Part shown: piece after piece, positions 49,801-63,700 of the stretch
Layout of the letters: each line of letters begins with the position of its first letter
Position numbering within the stretch: position 1 is the stretch's first letter
DNA from: Eimeria praecox
Taxonomy: Eukaryota
DNA length: 64,000 nt
Direction: 5' to 3'
Assembly: GCA_963920595.1 (NCBI GenBank)
Contig: OY986948.1
Span: 3,968,001-4,032,000, forward strand
Position numbers and translations under genes: made by a program
The notes under the pieces: generated by a model
Databases searched by the model: none
What the model was told of the DNA's origin: nothing
Seen by the model: only the letters and a program-made list of their open reading frames with translations

Positions 49801-51017
49801 CAAACAGCAAGCCGGCGACAGCAAGAGCTGCTGCTCTGGGGACAGCACTTGAAGATGAGGGAGAAGGTAAAACGACAAAGAGAGCGACGGCGCGGAGTTG
49901 CCCACCTTTTTGTCACTCCCGCAGGTGAGCGCTCTCATATCTTCAGAGTCTGTAGAATACCTTTTAGCCTTGCAGTCCCAAAGGAATACTCGAGATTCGG
50001 CGCTTTATCCGGGTCCAGCAAAACATTCTAGTAGCATCAACAGCCCGTATAGCTGCCTGTAGCCCCCGAACGTAAAATGTGCGCATCAACCGCAGAACTC
50101 AACCGTGCGGCTAAGTTTGGAACATCGGCGAGGAAGGCAACAAATATTTTGAAGCGCGAGTCCTTCGAGCCCTCGAAAAGTGCGGCTTTTATCGAGTCTG
50201 TTGCAGACTGCGCATGCCACTGACCAGTCTTAGATGCTCCTCTCATAACATAACAGTACAAGTGTGTGCGCTATGCATACAAGCCTAATCACCCAGCCCC
50301 TTAACTGCGAGAGAAGATGCTGGGCAACATCTTCTGGATTGCCATGCCATGCAGACTTCGAAGCTCTAGGGCCCGATCCATATTCATTTCAGGAGGAAAT
50401 GCGATTCGAAGATGCCGCAGAAATGCATCGGAAGGCTCAAGCCACTGTGGAAGCAGCAGCTGATCTCGTTTCCCTCAGCTTGCTGCACGATGGCTCCGAG
50501 AAGGATGGCCATACCCGGCAGTTGGCACTAAAAGCAGAGGCGGAAAGGCTCACGGAAGCATTTGAAGAACAACAACGACAGCGTCTGTCTCCAGGGAGGT
50601 ACAAAATAACTTCCGAAAGAGATAAAACTGTACCAGATGATGCAGAAGGGCAAGGCAACACCAGCAACAGCACCTGCTTTCCTGGACTGTCTGCTGCAAT
50701 TTGCATTGGCCCATTCAAGCTTGTTCGGAAACAGGACTCAGCCACGTGCCAACGGAGGTTCATCAGTATGGAAAGACTCCAGCAGGAAGTACAAAAAAGG
50801 ATGTGCAATTGTTTCAGTGACATGGCAGCAATAATCCGCACTTCTCAGGTCATCTTTGAGGCAAAGGGAACAAGAATATCGGTATGCATTGCACTTTTCT
50901 GGATTCCATAGACGCTTAGGCAGCTTCAGGGGCCAAAGCACTGGCAATAAAGCCAGCCCAACACGCTTCATCCGGAACAGCAGATCACGAAGTCGTGAAA
51001 CTGCTGCTCTACTGTAA
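46841..51017 (+). CDS. Radial spoke protein 3 (RSP3)-like coiled-coil protein, multi-exon; 5' end uncertain
   Basis: Splicing CAAC|gtcagg..ttgcag|CT gives QRPDESSLPFIPLPGGLHASTQPVDNNLERFEGMLEPIVKLLVAKSVEQAVEEAKQEQQL. From the TQ onward this aligns without gaps to the RSP3 core (DRPPTPLFIPAKTGxDVATQIEEGDLFDFDxEVEPILEVLVGKTLEQALxEVxEEEEL) and is followed by a coiled coil. Confidence 0.62.
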
Positions 51018-51532
51018 AGCGGGTAGACTGGAAGAGCCTGGAGGCAGGCAGGATTCACTGTGTACGCCCTTTTGTGAAATTAGGAAGTAGAGGCCTTGTT
51101 GAAGTACGAGTACGGCGATTTGCACGTTCGACTGGACAGGAGGATTACGTTTGCCAACACTGAAGACGAATCTGCAAGCGAGCTCGAAAGCGAAGAATCT
51201 AGAGAGATCGACTAAGTTGCAAATGCATGCATACTTCGGATCCGCTGCTTGTGCTCCGCTTGTGCCAAGCACTTGAATTCTGAAGGGGATGCACCAAAGG
51301 ACTATAAGGCAGGTCATTGTGAAGGCAGCCGCCTGTGCGCACTTTGGCGCCCTAAGACAAATAACATGGTTTGTTGATGACTATTCGAAATGGAGTTTTT
51401 AGGCCGCACAAACGCTACTGCCCTGTTCGGTGAAACGCACTCACACCATGCACGAGCAGCGCTGTCGCCTTGATGAAACAGGGTCGAGTGAAATATAAAA
51501 GGGCTAAGTGGCTCGTAGAAAAGCAAGGATGG

Positions 51533-54500
51533 TTAATCAGGATGAGGGGCTGAGTGGGAATGAGCAACGATGGCGAAACACTCTGGCGTTTCTTCCGATT
51601 CGACGAACTGCTGGAGAGTAGCGGCCGTGAAACCTTTCTGCCGCAGCCACCAGACTCTGCAGCAAACAAACACCAATGCGATGGGAAGCAAACAGGGACC
51701 AGCAAACCTTTAATGGCACTGTAGGTTCAGCTTTGTCAATGCTGCATCACTCACCTGGGCTGGATAATCCCAGCCCATGAAGAATTCCACTTGACTGAAT
51801 GAGGACATAGGGATATGCCAGATACGACTGAAGTCAGCGGGTTTATTTATAAGGATCGGCAATCACCTGGAGATGTCTAAAATTCTCTTCACCATGTTCC
51901 CGATTTGGCGCTTTCTGTCAGTTGCCCCAGTAGCCCACCTGCACCAACGCCACAGTGTGTAACGATCAAGCTGTGTGTGCACAGCACTCGAGCACTTTGC
52001 CCTTTGCATGATGGCTACACCCCCAAGACGAGCGTCGCGGAAAAATCAAGATGGCAACATACCCGGAGAGCGAAAAAAGGACAGATATTTCCGGCAGCGT
52101 GAAGCCTTGACTGAGAAGAAATTCCGTCCCAACGAACGACTCGGTCGTGCATCTGCGCAAAGCCCCAAAGACGAACGGCTGAGAACAGCAGCTATAAAGC
52201 ATTGTAAAGCATACAAATGTGCCTAACGAACAGCAGCTATAAAGCATTGTAAAGCATACAAATGTGCCTAACAGGGGCTCCTAAGAATCTGCAACGCCTT
52301 TGGGGCGCACGAGGCGAGGGGCACAGCCCAAACGAATGCTCAGTGCTTCTGCTGCTACCCATACCGCTGCAGCAGCAGCTGGTACTATTACACGGGTGCA
52401 CTTTCCTGTTGCTGCTTGACTGTCATATGCTGCACAAAACGGCTTACCGATGGTGGCAGCACGTGGCAATGCAAATGCAGAACCTGAGTCGTGCGTCCGT
52501 GGTGTCTCGTGCCGACGCAAAGCATCTGCGTCCGTGCCCACAACTCCGCAGGTGATAAGCAGGCTAACACCCGAAAGCTGACCAGAACAAAAGGATCTGG
52601 GTGCAGCTTCGAAGCTCCATAACTACGCAAGTCGTCAGACAACTGCAGCAGCTACGACACTGAAAGCCAAGAACCGGAACACTGGGGCAACACGCCTGAA
52701 AGCGTGGGGCGCACCGCAGGGCAACGTCGGAACCTCCGCCGCACAAGTGTTTAGCAACGCCAAGCACATCTGAAGTGTATCTACCCCTGAAATGCTCCTT
52801 TAAGATATCCTCGATTCTGCAAAAGACACAGAGCAATCACAACGTGCGAAGGCGGAAAGCCTCCCCGGTGGATCCCTGGCCCCAACGCACAGCTTCCGAT
52901 CAGTGCTGCTGCCATACAGCTACAAGCGAGAGGCGAAAACGCCAGCACCTGTAGGCCTTCCCTCCCAGTGTCAGCCCCAAAACTCGAGGCTGTGTGCAAG
53001 CGCATTTACCGCGCGCCATGTAGCCGTTGCGGTTTTAGAGGGGTTAATTCATAAATGTAGCATCAGCACCAGCAGCAGCGCTAGCAGCGGCACTAGCAGC
53101 AGCAGCGCCCACTTTTCCATGCTAGGTCCCCCGCCTTCCCCCAGCGTCTGCGCAATCGCGAAGAACTCCTCGGTGCTGCCATCCTCAATGGAGCGCAGTA
53201 GCCTTGGCCTGGGCCCTCGGGCAGCCGCACGGGTTGGCTCCTCCTGTCTGACGTTAGTTGTCTCTTCTGCCTTTGATACTGAATTCCTCCTCTCATCATA
53301 AGCCTTGCCTCTTCTGCATTGTGCCTCCTGCGTCCCCTCCCGCCCCACTGCAGGGCCTGGGGCCGCGAATCGGCAGCCGTATTCGAACAGCTTCTTGAAG
53401 AACTTCGGAATATGTGGCCTACGCAGACACTCGCGCAAAGTGCTACGCCCTAAACCCTAAACCGTTTACTCAATATTGCCCCTTTCACGCCCCTTACCCT
53501 AGCCAGGAGCAATGCAGCGTGCCGACCTGAAACCCCCTATGCCAAAACCTCCAAGCGGCAAGGATCTAACGATACACGAAAAAACCCTAAATTAAACAGG
53601 AAGGGGGCAGGATCTGAGAGTAAGGCCCACACGCGCAGGGGGCCTTTACAAGTTATGTACTTGACGAGCGCCACCAAAGAAAAATCCGCAATGTCCATTC
53701 GCAGACGAACGGGGGGCACAGGCAGAGCGGCCTCGCTCCTGTTGTTGCCTTCGGCATTGCTGCAGCCCGCAGCGGTGGCACAGACTGCCGCAGAAGCTTC
53801 TGGAGCATTTTCAGTAGCACCAGCAGAGACAGCAACAGTGCTCTCGTCTGCTGTGCCCGACAGTGCATGAGCGGGTTGCCCTGCAGCATACTCTTCTCCA
53901 AGCAAAGGATTCCTCAAGCTGCTGCTCTTATCCACGGCCGTTGTCGCGGCTGCGGCATCCGCAGCATTGCGCCGCTCGGCTGCAGCAACAGCAGCGGGAT
54001 GCAAGTGCCGGGGGGCGTTGGGATTGCGGAACGTCTTATCCTTAGCCTCCTTGCAGTAGCGCCGCGCCTCACGGTCGACGACAATGCAGCGAACGCCCCT
54101 ATGCTGCTTAGGAGCGCCCACAGACGCACCTTCCCATCCCTTACGCACGCTCGGGGCACCTGACACTCCCGCTGCTGCCACTTCTGCCGGTACTGGTGTT
54201 GGTGCTGATGCTGGCTCACGTTGTGCAGCCGCTGCGACAGCTGCGGCCGACCAGCAGCAGAGCCAGCGCGTCAGGTCGCCTTTTCCTGAAGCGAATCAAC
54301 AGAAGCCCAGCGCCTCTTAAGAGTGCAAACATCATTGAACAGACTGCCTGCATGCAATACGTGAAGATGAAAGACACGCGGACAGGGGATCCTGCGTAAT
54401 GACAAGTTGGCCGCCATCTTCAGTTGGAAGTGTCTCTCCGTTGCGGCGTTTTGTTTCACCTGCCAGTAAAAATGCTGACAGACGAAATCAAGACGTCGCA

Positions 54501-56140
54501 CTTGACAATGAAGCGCTCACAAACACAAACCAGAAAGAACAACAAGCCTTGCACCGGCACTTGCAGACATGTGGAAACTGCAGCCATCATGTTCTCCCCA
54601 TCTCTGCATCCCATCTTTTTGTAAACAATGCACAACAAGTGGTGCGAGCATATACCGACGAGCAACTGGGTGTGTACGCCAGTGTCGGTACACCGCGTAT
54701 GCGCATTTAGGCCCCGCTCAGCATGCGCAAGTATTTCGCCTTAGTGCCGAACCGATGTATATGGCAAATGCGGACAAAATGAGTACAACAAAAGCACCGG
54801 AGCTACTTGTCCTCCCCAAGCTCGATGATAGCTCAGTGAACAGCTACATGCACGCGCCACCACCTTTGTGTGTGTACAATGGAATACAAACGAAGAGCAG
54901 CTACCCAATGAGAATGTAAAGGCTCACCAGCCCCCAGTTCTACAATAAGTGTTTCGTCAAGGGTTGAATGCTGCAGGTGGCTGTGCAAGAGACACAAAGC
55001 CAAGAGTTGCAGCAGCTGCTTCTGGTGTTTGTTCAGCCTTTGCTGCAGTTGATGCAGCGCCTCAAGTAGCGCTTTCGCTCTATCTTGCCGCGGCAGTAAC
55101 AAAGCTTTCTTCAACTCGGCTTCCAGCGACGCAAGGGAAGGCCCCTTTGATGCTGTGCTTCCCGTATCCAGCGGCACTTTGCATGCATCAGCTGCTGCAC
55201 GCAGCAGCAGCAACGCTTCTTCGCTTTTATCATTATCTCCTCCATCAGCGCTGCTGTAGCAGTCTGATATGAATCTTGAGGCAGGAAGATCTTCCGGAGA
55301 GTCCCACACCGCAGCTTCCATTGCTGATGCTGCTGCATGGGGCGCTGCTTCTTCTGCTGCGGCTGATGCTGATGCAGCTGATTCATCTATTGGGTGTCTA
55401 TTGTTTAAATACGATAAGGCGTATCTGTAAGCCTCAGATATCTTGGCTTCAAATGCCGAAGTGAGGGCTGCGGCTGTCGCTGCATTGTCCTTGTAGTCCG
55501 CGTGCTGCTGCTGCTGCTCCTCTGGTTGGCCCTGCTGCTGCTCTTTCTGCTCTGAATGATCATGTTGCTGCTGCTGCGGTAAGTTAATGCCTGGCTGCAT
55601 GAAGGGGAGACAGTGCGAGAAGGCGATATCTCTCGCCTTCGTGCACTTCTTCAGGTGGGCTTGGACCCGCAGGGCGTAGATGGAATGACTGCTGTCCATC
55701 GGGCAAGCAATCCTCTCTCCATGGCGCCCACTACTGATTCGGTTGCGGCTCAAGGCATCGCCTTCCGGCACTTCTGCTGTTGCTGCGCCTGCCGCCGCCT
55801 TTTTTGTTGCTGCGCCTGATGCCCCGGAGGCTGCTGTCGTTGCTTCATATGATGCTGCTTCGGATGCTGTTCCTTCGGCTGCCTTTCCCGATGTCATCGA
55901 AGATGTTGTAGTTGATGCTGAAGTGTGGGTAGGTGCTTCACCAACAAGGGAGCTGTTGCTCTCGAGGGGGTCTTCCACTCCGGACTTTGGCCTCTTCAGG
56001 GGCGCCTCCAGGGCCTCTGCTGAGGTTCCTACGATTGCCTTGGTACTCGTAGTATGGCCATCCGGGTCTCCTTTATGCGGCACCTGCACAGGAAGCCCGG
56101 AATTAGTGGGGCCACCCCCCTCTTCTGCAGGCTTGAGCAT
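51533..56140 (-). CDS. TRM13: tRNA:m(4)X 2'-O-methyltransferase TRM13, multi-exon
   Basis: CHHC zinc finger RIACPMDSSHSIYALRVQAHLKKC, then in order IVELGAGKGDLTRW, IVVDREARR, RLRMDIADF, VAKHLCGGGSDVALRC, CIATCCHHRC..FVG.EFL..GFT, WA..RQIGNMVKRILDISRVWWLRQKGF..FVESEETPE. Stop at 51533-51535. Confidence 0.92.
52183..52272. repeat. Perfect 45-bp direct tandem duplication in a TRM13 intron
   Basis: gaacagcagctataaagcattgtaaagcatacaaatgtgcctaac x2. Confidence 0.95.
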
Positions 56141-57240
56141 CGACAGAAGATGCCGACTGACCTTGCCGCCTAAGCTCAAGACCTATATAAGTCCTCAAAA
56201 GTGTTTAACCAATATTTCATGGCCACTGTACCTAGAATGGAAAAAAAGACGGGCTGAGATGAGGAACTGACCGGTTGCCACGGTGTGCGTCGTCGTTCTC
56301 TCCGGGTGCTCGGCCCCCCGTTCTGGGAATGAAGCAGCGGGAATTTGAGGGGAAAGCCACTAATAGAGGATACAGAAGAAAGAACAAAACATAAAGCCAC
56401 TAAAGTACATAGTAGATTCCCTCTGGGTTGGCTGTTTCAGAAAACCTGGGCATCTACCCAGGGCCTGTATGCCCATCGACGTTCGGATGACGCTTGATTT
56501 GCATTGCTGAGGACAATGCAAACTCAAGACTACTATGTGAAGACACCACAGTAATACTGCAAAACACTTCGTTAGATTATAAACGGGCAAATGCCATTTG
56601 TAATAATGCTCTCCCAGGGTTTTTTAACAGTAAAGACGGGAGAATGCTGCCGCGCTGACACGTAGTGTCGGAAAAGGACAGAAAACATGAAAGGCCAGGG
56701 TGTCCATTGCATAAAATGCAGTTTCATCAAGCACAAACGCATGTCGCCTCAACTGCATGCTCGTTTCTGCGTAGCAGCCTGCAAATGATCATCAGCAAGC
56801 AGCGAAAGGCCATTCTACATTATTACGCGCCACACATTCCTGCGTTTGAACGCAACAAATAACATTGATCTCTATCGCGCACTGAGTGCGCACAATACAG
56901 CCAAGCGTGACAGCCCAAGACTCTCGCTTTCACCTTCTCAGCGAAAACCCCAATGCCCTAGTGTAAGGCAACGGAAAGGCAAATGCTCAAGTATGGTGTG
57001 CTCCTACATAAATAAGACTTCAGGAGGAAAGCTTTGATAAATGCGCAGTCACCCGGCGGGGCGCTGACGGGTTGTGCGTATACCCTATGCACATGCGGAA
57101 GAGACTAACATATCGATTCTATACATAAGGTGGCATGTATGTCCGCATGCAGATGTAGCTGTGCATATGAGCACATGAGCGCAGCGCTGTTAATGATTTC
57201 TACCGCAAGGCTGCATGCTTTCACCTCATGCTCATTATGC

Positions 57241-57373
57241 ATATATCTATATCTATATCTATATCTATATATCTATATCTATATCTATATCTATATATCT
57301 ATATCTATACATCTATATCTATATCTATATCTATATCTATATCTATATCTATATCTATATCTATCTATCTATC

Positions 57374-57407
<34 letters not shown>
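57241..57407. repeat. Compound microsatellite (ATATCT)n > (ATCT)n > (AT)n
   Basis: Read directly from the sequence; intergenic, between the TRM13 5' end and the VAC14 3' end. Confidence 0.97.
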
Positions 57408-57726
57408 CTCTACGTTTCTGTGCAGAGGTTCCCAGCAACTAAACAAGTGTCAGAACTCGCTGACGCGAAGCACACACAACTGAGCAGCTCCACACGGGCA
57501 GTGGAGTCCTGCAAATGCATGCGGAAGTGACTTTAAAGGGGCCTTCCCCACACTCTCGAACACGAGCAGCCGAAGCACTAGCGATAGCACCAGCTGCTCG
57601 TCTACATGCTCCAGGAGGGGCACAAGCACATCGGCAACCCCACCCCTTCCTCTGTTTCCTCCCTTTTAAGGATCCAGAAGCTGCTGAGGAGCTGCAGCGG
57701 CAGCTACAGCAGCAGCAGGTCCTGTG

Positions 57727-60700
57727 TTAGGTGTCGCTGTCCCTGGAGGGGAAGGCCTTAAGAATGCTGCCGTGCTCAGTGAGGGCCTCGTCTAACGCTG
57801 CCTCGAGAGACTCGAGGGAACTTATCTTCTGCAGCTTCTCAGCAGACGCAAGCGACACTAGGGGGGAATTTACAGGCGGCTTCGAAACGCTTCGCGCGCT
57901 GCAGTCCACTGCGCCGGCAGGAAAAGCTGTGAAGCGCAAAGCAAACCTTTAACTCTAAATATTTAAGCCTAAATCCTAGTAGTAGAATGTCTTGTTGTTC
58001 GTCGTTCTGTCTAATTGTGCGTCATTCTCCACTTATATATATGTATGTATATATTTGCAGCAGCGCAGCCCCCTCAGCAGATAGTATGCGTGCATGCGGG
58101 AACATGGTATGCGGGCCTGCGCATTAAACGCACCTGTCTTGGGCCCCTCTATACATAATAGCTCTCCCTGAAACTGCTTCCGTGCAGCTCCGGCCAGCGA
58201 CAAAGCGCGCGAAACGAGGGACTCAGCCTGCGACACCAAGGCCCCCTCACTCGCTCTGAAAAGCAGCAGAATCACCAGCAGCGCAAGCAACAGCAAAGAC
58301 AAAGAACAAATGGCAAACGGTGAACTTTGCAGCAGTAACGCAAGAGGGAGAAACGGAAGCGAGGAAAAGAAATAGAAAGAACAACGCAAGCCACTGCTGA
58401 TGCAGCTGTTTTGAGCGTAGGGGCAACAGGATGTTTGGGGTGTGCATGCACCTGGTTTTCGAGCTGCACAAACAGCCAGCAGACGGCGAGGCAAGCTGGA
58501 GACGCCGGTACAACAGAGAGAATGCGGGGCCTTGGGGCAGCAGCATGCCCAGACCTGCGGGATCAAGACAAACGCCACCACCAGTCCGCTCCTTCCCTGG
58601 ATGATTTCCTCTTCGCAGCGCCTGCTGGATAAACTACTGCGAGCACGAGAGGGGGCCAGAAATACAGCAAAATTAGAGCCCAAATGCACCGCTAAAAGAA
58701 GGAGCACTTGCTGTAGTGCCCATACACTGCACACGCAGAGCTCCCTTGTGCGCAAGTAGAGTGTGCATACGCGTCAGCGTTTTTCTGTACTTGTGCGTCT
58801 ACATAGGTGAGACTGGACGCAGCTGCAGCTGTTGGTAGTACGTTTGAAGGAGAAAGTGAGGCAAGCGTAAACACAATGGGCATCTGCGTGCACATAGCTA
58901 AGGAAAGACGCACTGAGCCACGGAATAAATGCTCTTTAAACTGCGCTGCACAGACCACTGCAATTTTGCTTCTTTCTCTCTTACAAAGCATTCTCATACG
59001 GCACTGTTTCTCGTCTTGTGGCACTGGCAGACGCAGGAGCAACAGAAGGAACAGCAAAAACAGCAGCATAAGCAGCGACGGCAGAACAACGCAACAGTAG
59101 CAGCACAAGCGGGAGAGGCTGACCTCGAATAGCAGTAATAAGGTGCTGGTCCGCCGGTTGCAGGAGCAGCTGCATGCGCAGCAAAGCAAAGGGCTTGCTC
59201 TCCAGAAGCAGCACGAGCTGCTCCAGCTGCAGCGTATCCAGGTCAGAAAGCGAATCTTCGCTGCTGCTGCGGCCAGACACCAAACAGAGAGGCCGTGAAA
59301 GAAAAACTGACGAGAAGAAAACAGCACCAATCCTTCTCGCCTGACAAGCAGCCCCTTTAGAGGAGAGATACGAGGTCCCGATAGAAGCACAGCATTGCAC
59401 GAGCTACAGAGACTAAAAGTGTGTTGAGGATCGTTGTGGCACATGTGTGAAGGTATCAACGGCCCGAAAAAAGTGACTACGTGCACCCGAAGTTTGCGTC
59501 TTCAGAGGCACCAGGGCGTCGCTTTCTGCAAACTGGGTGTGCAACTACACATCGACTGTCCCAGGCAGATGCTAGCAAGCATGGCATGCAAAGCCTTTAA
59601 TTAACACTAACAGGCGCACAAACAACATCAGAACGTGCTGCCCATGCCCAGACACCCCCAGCATCCGTGTCTGCCCCGAGAAGGCGACCCAAGAGCCCCT
59701 GCAGCGCCTCACAGCATTTTCACTAGCTCCGCAGCAACTTCGTACTTGCCCCCATAAAGAGCAACCGCTATTAGCCACACCGAGTTGTGCGCCCTAGTGC
59801 AGCGCACATACGAACAGCAGCAGCAGCAGCAAAAGCACGAGAGCATAGAATTATAATTTACAACTTCACACACTCTCAGGAGGCTCAACCAAACTGCTCA
59901 TAAGTTCATTGTCCAGCAGACAAACACGATAACAGCTGCTAAGAGTAATGGGTGCACACCGCGCCGTTGGAGGCTGCTGATGATGCTGTTGTCCCTTTTG
60001 TTCCTGCTGCTACTGCTGCTGTCGCCACTGCTGCTGCTTTTGCTGCTAATATTGGTGCTGTTACTTTGACAGGACTCACCAGGTAGGCAGCAAAGCCTCA
60101 AACATTTTGTTGTCATCTGCGCAACAAGCAACGGCAAACCGCACGATTGCCATGCCACTAAATCGTAAACGCGGAACCGTACACCCTAAAATCGAAACCC
60201 TAACCCTCACGAATGGCACATAGTGTGCCATTGAGTGCCTGCCACTTCTGACGAGAAACACGCCATCCAGAAAATCGGAGGCCTTTGTTCAAACTGCTGC
60301 TGCTGCACCTCTTGTTAGAGCTGCTATAGCTGAGGCCGTTAATCTTGCTCCAGGTGCTGCTGCTGCTGTTGCTGCTGCTCCTGTCGCATCTACTCTTACC
60401 TTTGCGCAGCTCCTGACGAATAGCTTTCGTTTCCTGAGCAGCAGCACAAGCAGACCCCAACGCCGCAATCAAAGCTGGAAAAGCCCAGCTGGCGTGTTGT
60501 TACTTTATGCGCTGCAGCAGGGAAAGGGCATCAAATCATCTACTAACTGTCTGAGAGGAAGGAATGCTGAGGCATGCAGGGCCCCCTCGGCGTTGGGAAG
60601 GACGTACAGCGTACCTTGGCACTTAAAAGATCGATGCTGAGGGCCTGGACGATCTGATGCAGGAACTGCAGCGTCTGCTCAGCTGTGTCCTCGGGGGATC

Positions 60701-63700
60701 GGGGCTGCTTAGCTTGTGGATCCTCTCCACCAGATCTTGGGCTCTGCTGTCCTGCTGCTGCTGTTGCGGCTGCTGTGGTTGCGGATGCCGCTAGTGCTGC
60801 TCCTGCCGCTCCCGTGTCCTGCGCCGATGAGACTTCAGTAGATTCCTCGCCTACTGCTGTTTTCCGCGCTGCGCAAGCTACTGCACAGTGACGCTCGATC
60901 TGCTTCGCCATGTGAATGTACACCTCACAAGGATTCCTCATAGTGCACAGCTGCCGCAGAACAAAATGGCCCCGACTGTCCTACAACACAAACCCCAGAT
61001 CAGAAACCGGAGCATTGACTTCCAAGCCCTAAGATCACACCCTGAATCCTCAACCACCAGATCTAGGCTCCACACTCTAAGGCTAAACCCTAGACTCCCG
61101 CGGTGTGGTTGGTGACAGCTGCCAGGGGGCTCGAACCACGAAACGAGAAATTAGAGAGGCCGACGGCCGGAAAGCTGGATAAGTAAAAGGCAAATGGCCT
61201 TAAGGCCTGGAGGCTTAAGTGCACATGCCAGTACGGCTAAAAGCAACCGCTGGAGACTGACAAGGAGACAGGGTTTTGACCTGAAGATGGCCAGCAGCTC
61301 CTCCGATACCACTCCCAGATTTGCGTCGCTGTGCTGCACAAAACGACTCAGGACCGAGAGCGACATTCGCAACAAGTGGTTGGGTGGCGTTGCTGTTGCT
61401 GCTGTTGCTGCTGTTGCTGCTGCTGCCGCCGCTGTTTCTGTGTTGCCCGACCCGGACCCGTCTGTTGGCGTCGTCGCGGATTGCTGCCGGCTCGGCACAT
61501 CCTGCGCAGGAGCTGCTGCTGCTGCTGTATCTGTTGATGCCGTTGCAGCAGTAACAGCAACACCAGCCCCCTCAGCCGTCAGCGCCGTGTACAGCACTGC
61601 AGCTACTAGGGGCTGCTGCTTCTGTAGTAAGAGACTCCGGCTTTCCTCTTCGCTCAAATCCCTGCTGTGCTGTTGCTTCTTCAGAAAGCGCTTGCTCAAC
61701 TTCCTGCCGTTTTGCTCCTGCTTCTGCTTCCGCTGCTGTTGCTCCTCTTCGCTCCCCACCAGCAACAGATGCGGCTTCTCTACAAGCATCAGCTCCATCC
61801 ATTGGAGACACAGTGACCGCACGTCTCCAGCTGCAGCAGCAGCCACAGAGCCTCCACTTTCTGCGGCCGCCGCTGGTGTTGTTGTTGGTCCTGGTGGTGT
61901 GTACGTGCATAAGTAGTCCGCGGCGCTGCTCACGAAGTCGGAAAGGTCCAGCGCAGCAGTCGAGACCAACACCTGTGCAGACACACAACAGCACAAGCGG
62001 CACGAGCCACCTAGCTGCAACTGCAGCAGCAACTGCAGCCGCACCTAAAGCGGCAGCACTAGCAGTAACACTGGTAGTAGCCGGAGCAGATACAGAGGTC
62101 ACAGCAGCCGCTTGTAGCAGGAGTGGAGCCCCAGAGATAGACGGTAGCAAGTGCTGCAGTAGCAAATAGTTGGAAGGACCAGGCTCGGTTTGGGAAGGAC
62201 AGAAGGCCCTACCCTGGCGATGACGTGTGCATGCACCTCTGCGCCCATTCGTGCGATCTCTGCATGACAAAAATCACCCATTTACACAGACAAAGACAGC
62301 ACAACTGCCTTGCAGAAGGCTCTTCCTGTTGCTTTTGCAGCTATTGCGGCTGCTGTAGTTGCTGCTGCAGTTGCTTGTGGTGCTCCTGCTAATGCTGTGT
62401 TAAAAGGCGAGGGTGGTGGTGGTGATTTAGTTGCCTTCTTCAGCCTCCGCAACGCAGCGCAGTATGCTCTGCAGCATTCTGCATCCGAGTGGCTGCAGCA
62501 TTGACAGCATCTCACAGTCAACGCACCCATTATAAACCCCAAACCCTTAAACTACAATTCTGCTGAACCGACGAGGATCTAGGGTCTGGCAGGTGCGTGC
62601 GTGCATGGATTGTAGCACACTTGGGGGATTTTCTGTACCTTAAGATGCTTCTGAACCTCCAAGTGCCAGCGGACGATCGGTGTTTGAGGTAGAAGAAAGT
62701 CTTCCTGCTGCTGTGGCTGCCGCTGCTGCTGCTGCCCCTCGTCCGGCAGCAGCAGCAGGAGCAGCTCATGCAGCCACACCAACGCTGTCAACTGGGTAAA
62801 GGAACTGTTGTTGCTATCGCTGCACCGCAGCACCACCTCTGCAGTCTGTTTCACTACAGCTGGGTCCGCTGCAGCAACACAGCAGTGGCAGCAGAAGAAA
62901 CGCACGCGGCCGGCTTTGGCCAGCAGCAGTAGCAGCAGGCCCAACAACAGCAGCACCAACGCGAAGCGTGCTAAATCGCACCAGCCATAAGCCATATCGA
63001 CAGAGCTGAAGCGGCATCAATGCGTGCATGGTACACACGGCTGTGCCAACAAGAAATATGCTGCAGCAGGTTCACCGCAGCAGCAGCAGCAACGGCAGCA
63101 GCAGCAACAGCATTTGCTGCAACCCGTACTGTCTATTGGGTCCGACCGCAGGTCCTCTAAGAAGTTGGTGACGCACAAATCCGCAGCTTGACGAATGTCT
63201 CTGCAGCAAACGCGTGCTGCAGTGCAGCAGCTGCTGTTGGTGCTGTTGCTGCGGCAACTGCTCGTGCTCCCGCTATGGCTGCTGCTGCAGTGGGTTTGCT
63301 AGGGAATACCTATGAGAGTCTCCAAGAAGCTGCAGCAGTCCTCCCAAGAACAATGGCAGGTATTGCAGCATGTCAACCCCTACAAAGCGCCAGCAGCAGC
63401 AATCGCAGGAACAGCAAAACCGTGAACAGCAGCAAGCCAAACCTGTCAGCAAACATGCAGGCATTGCTTGTACGGCAGCTACTACTTCTACCAACGCAAA
63501 GACACCTTGCTGCTGCTGCTAGTGCTGAAGTGTCCTGCTAAGGGAGGCAATGCATACAACCATACATACTCTGGCTGCTTGCGTACGCCAAAACCTGCAG
63601 CACAGGGGCACCAGCGCCAAACGCAACTGCAACAGCAGCCCCAGCAGCAACTGCAGCAGCAGCTGCTGGAGTTTACCTGAATTCGATTCCAGCAGGGAAA

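Noticed and set aside
31971..52272. 41-bp and 45-bp direct repeats considered as CRISPR-like or LTR ends
   Set aside because: Only two adjacent copies each, no spacers, unrelated to each other, eukaryotic context; simple slippage duplications.
57130..57530. ORFs encoding (YI)n/(IS)n/(YL)n
   Set aside because: Translations of the microsatellite.
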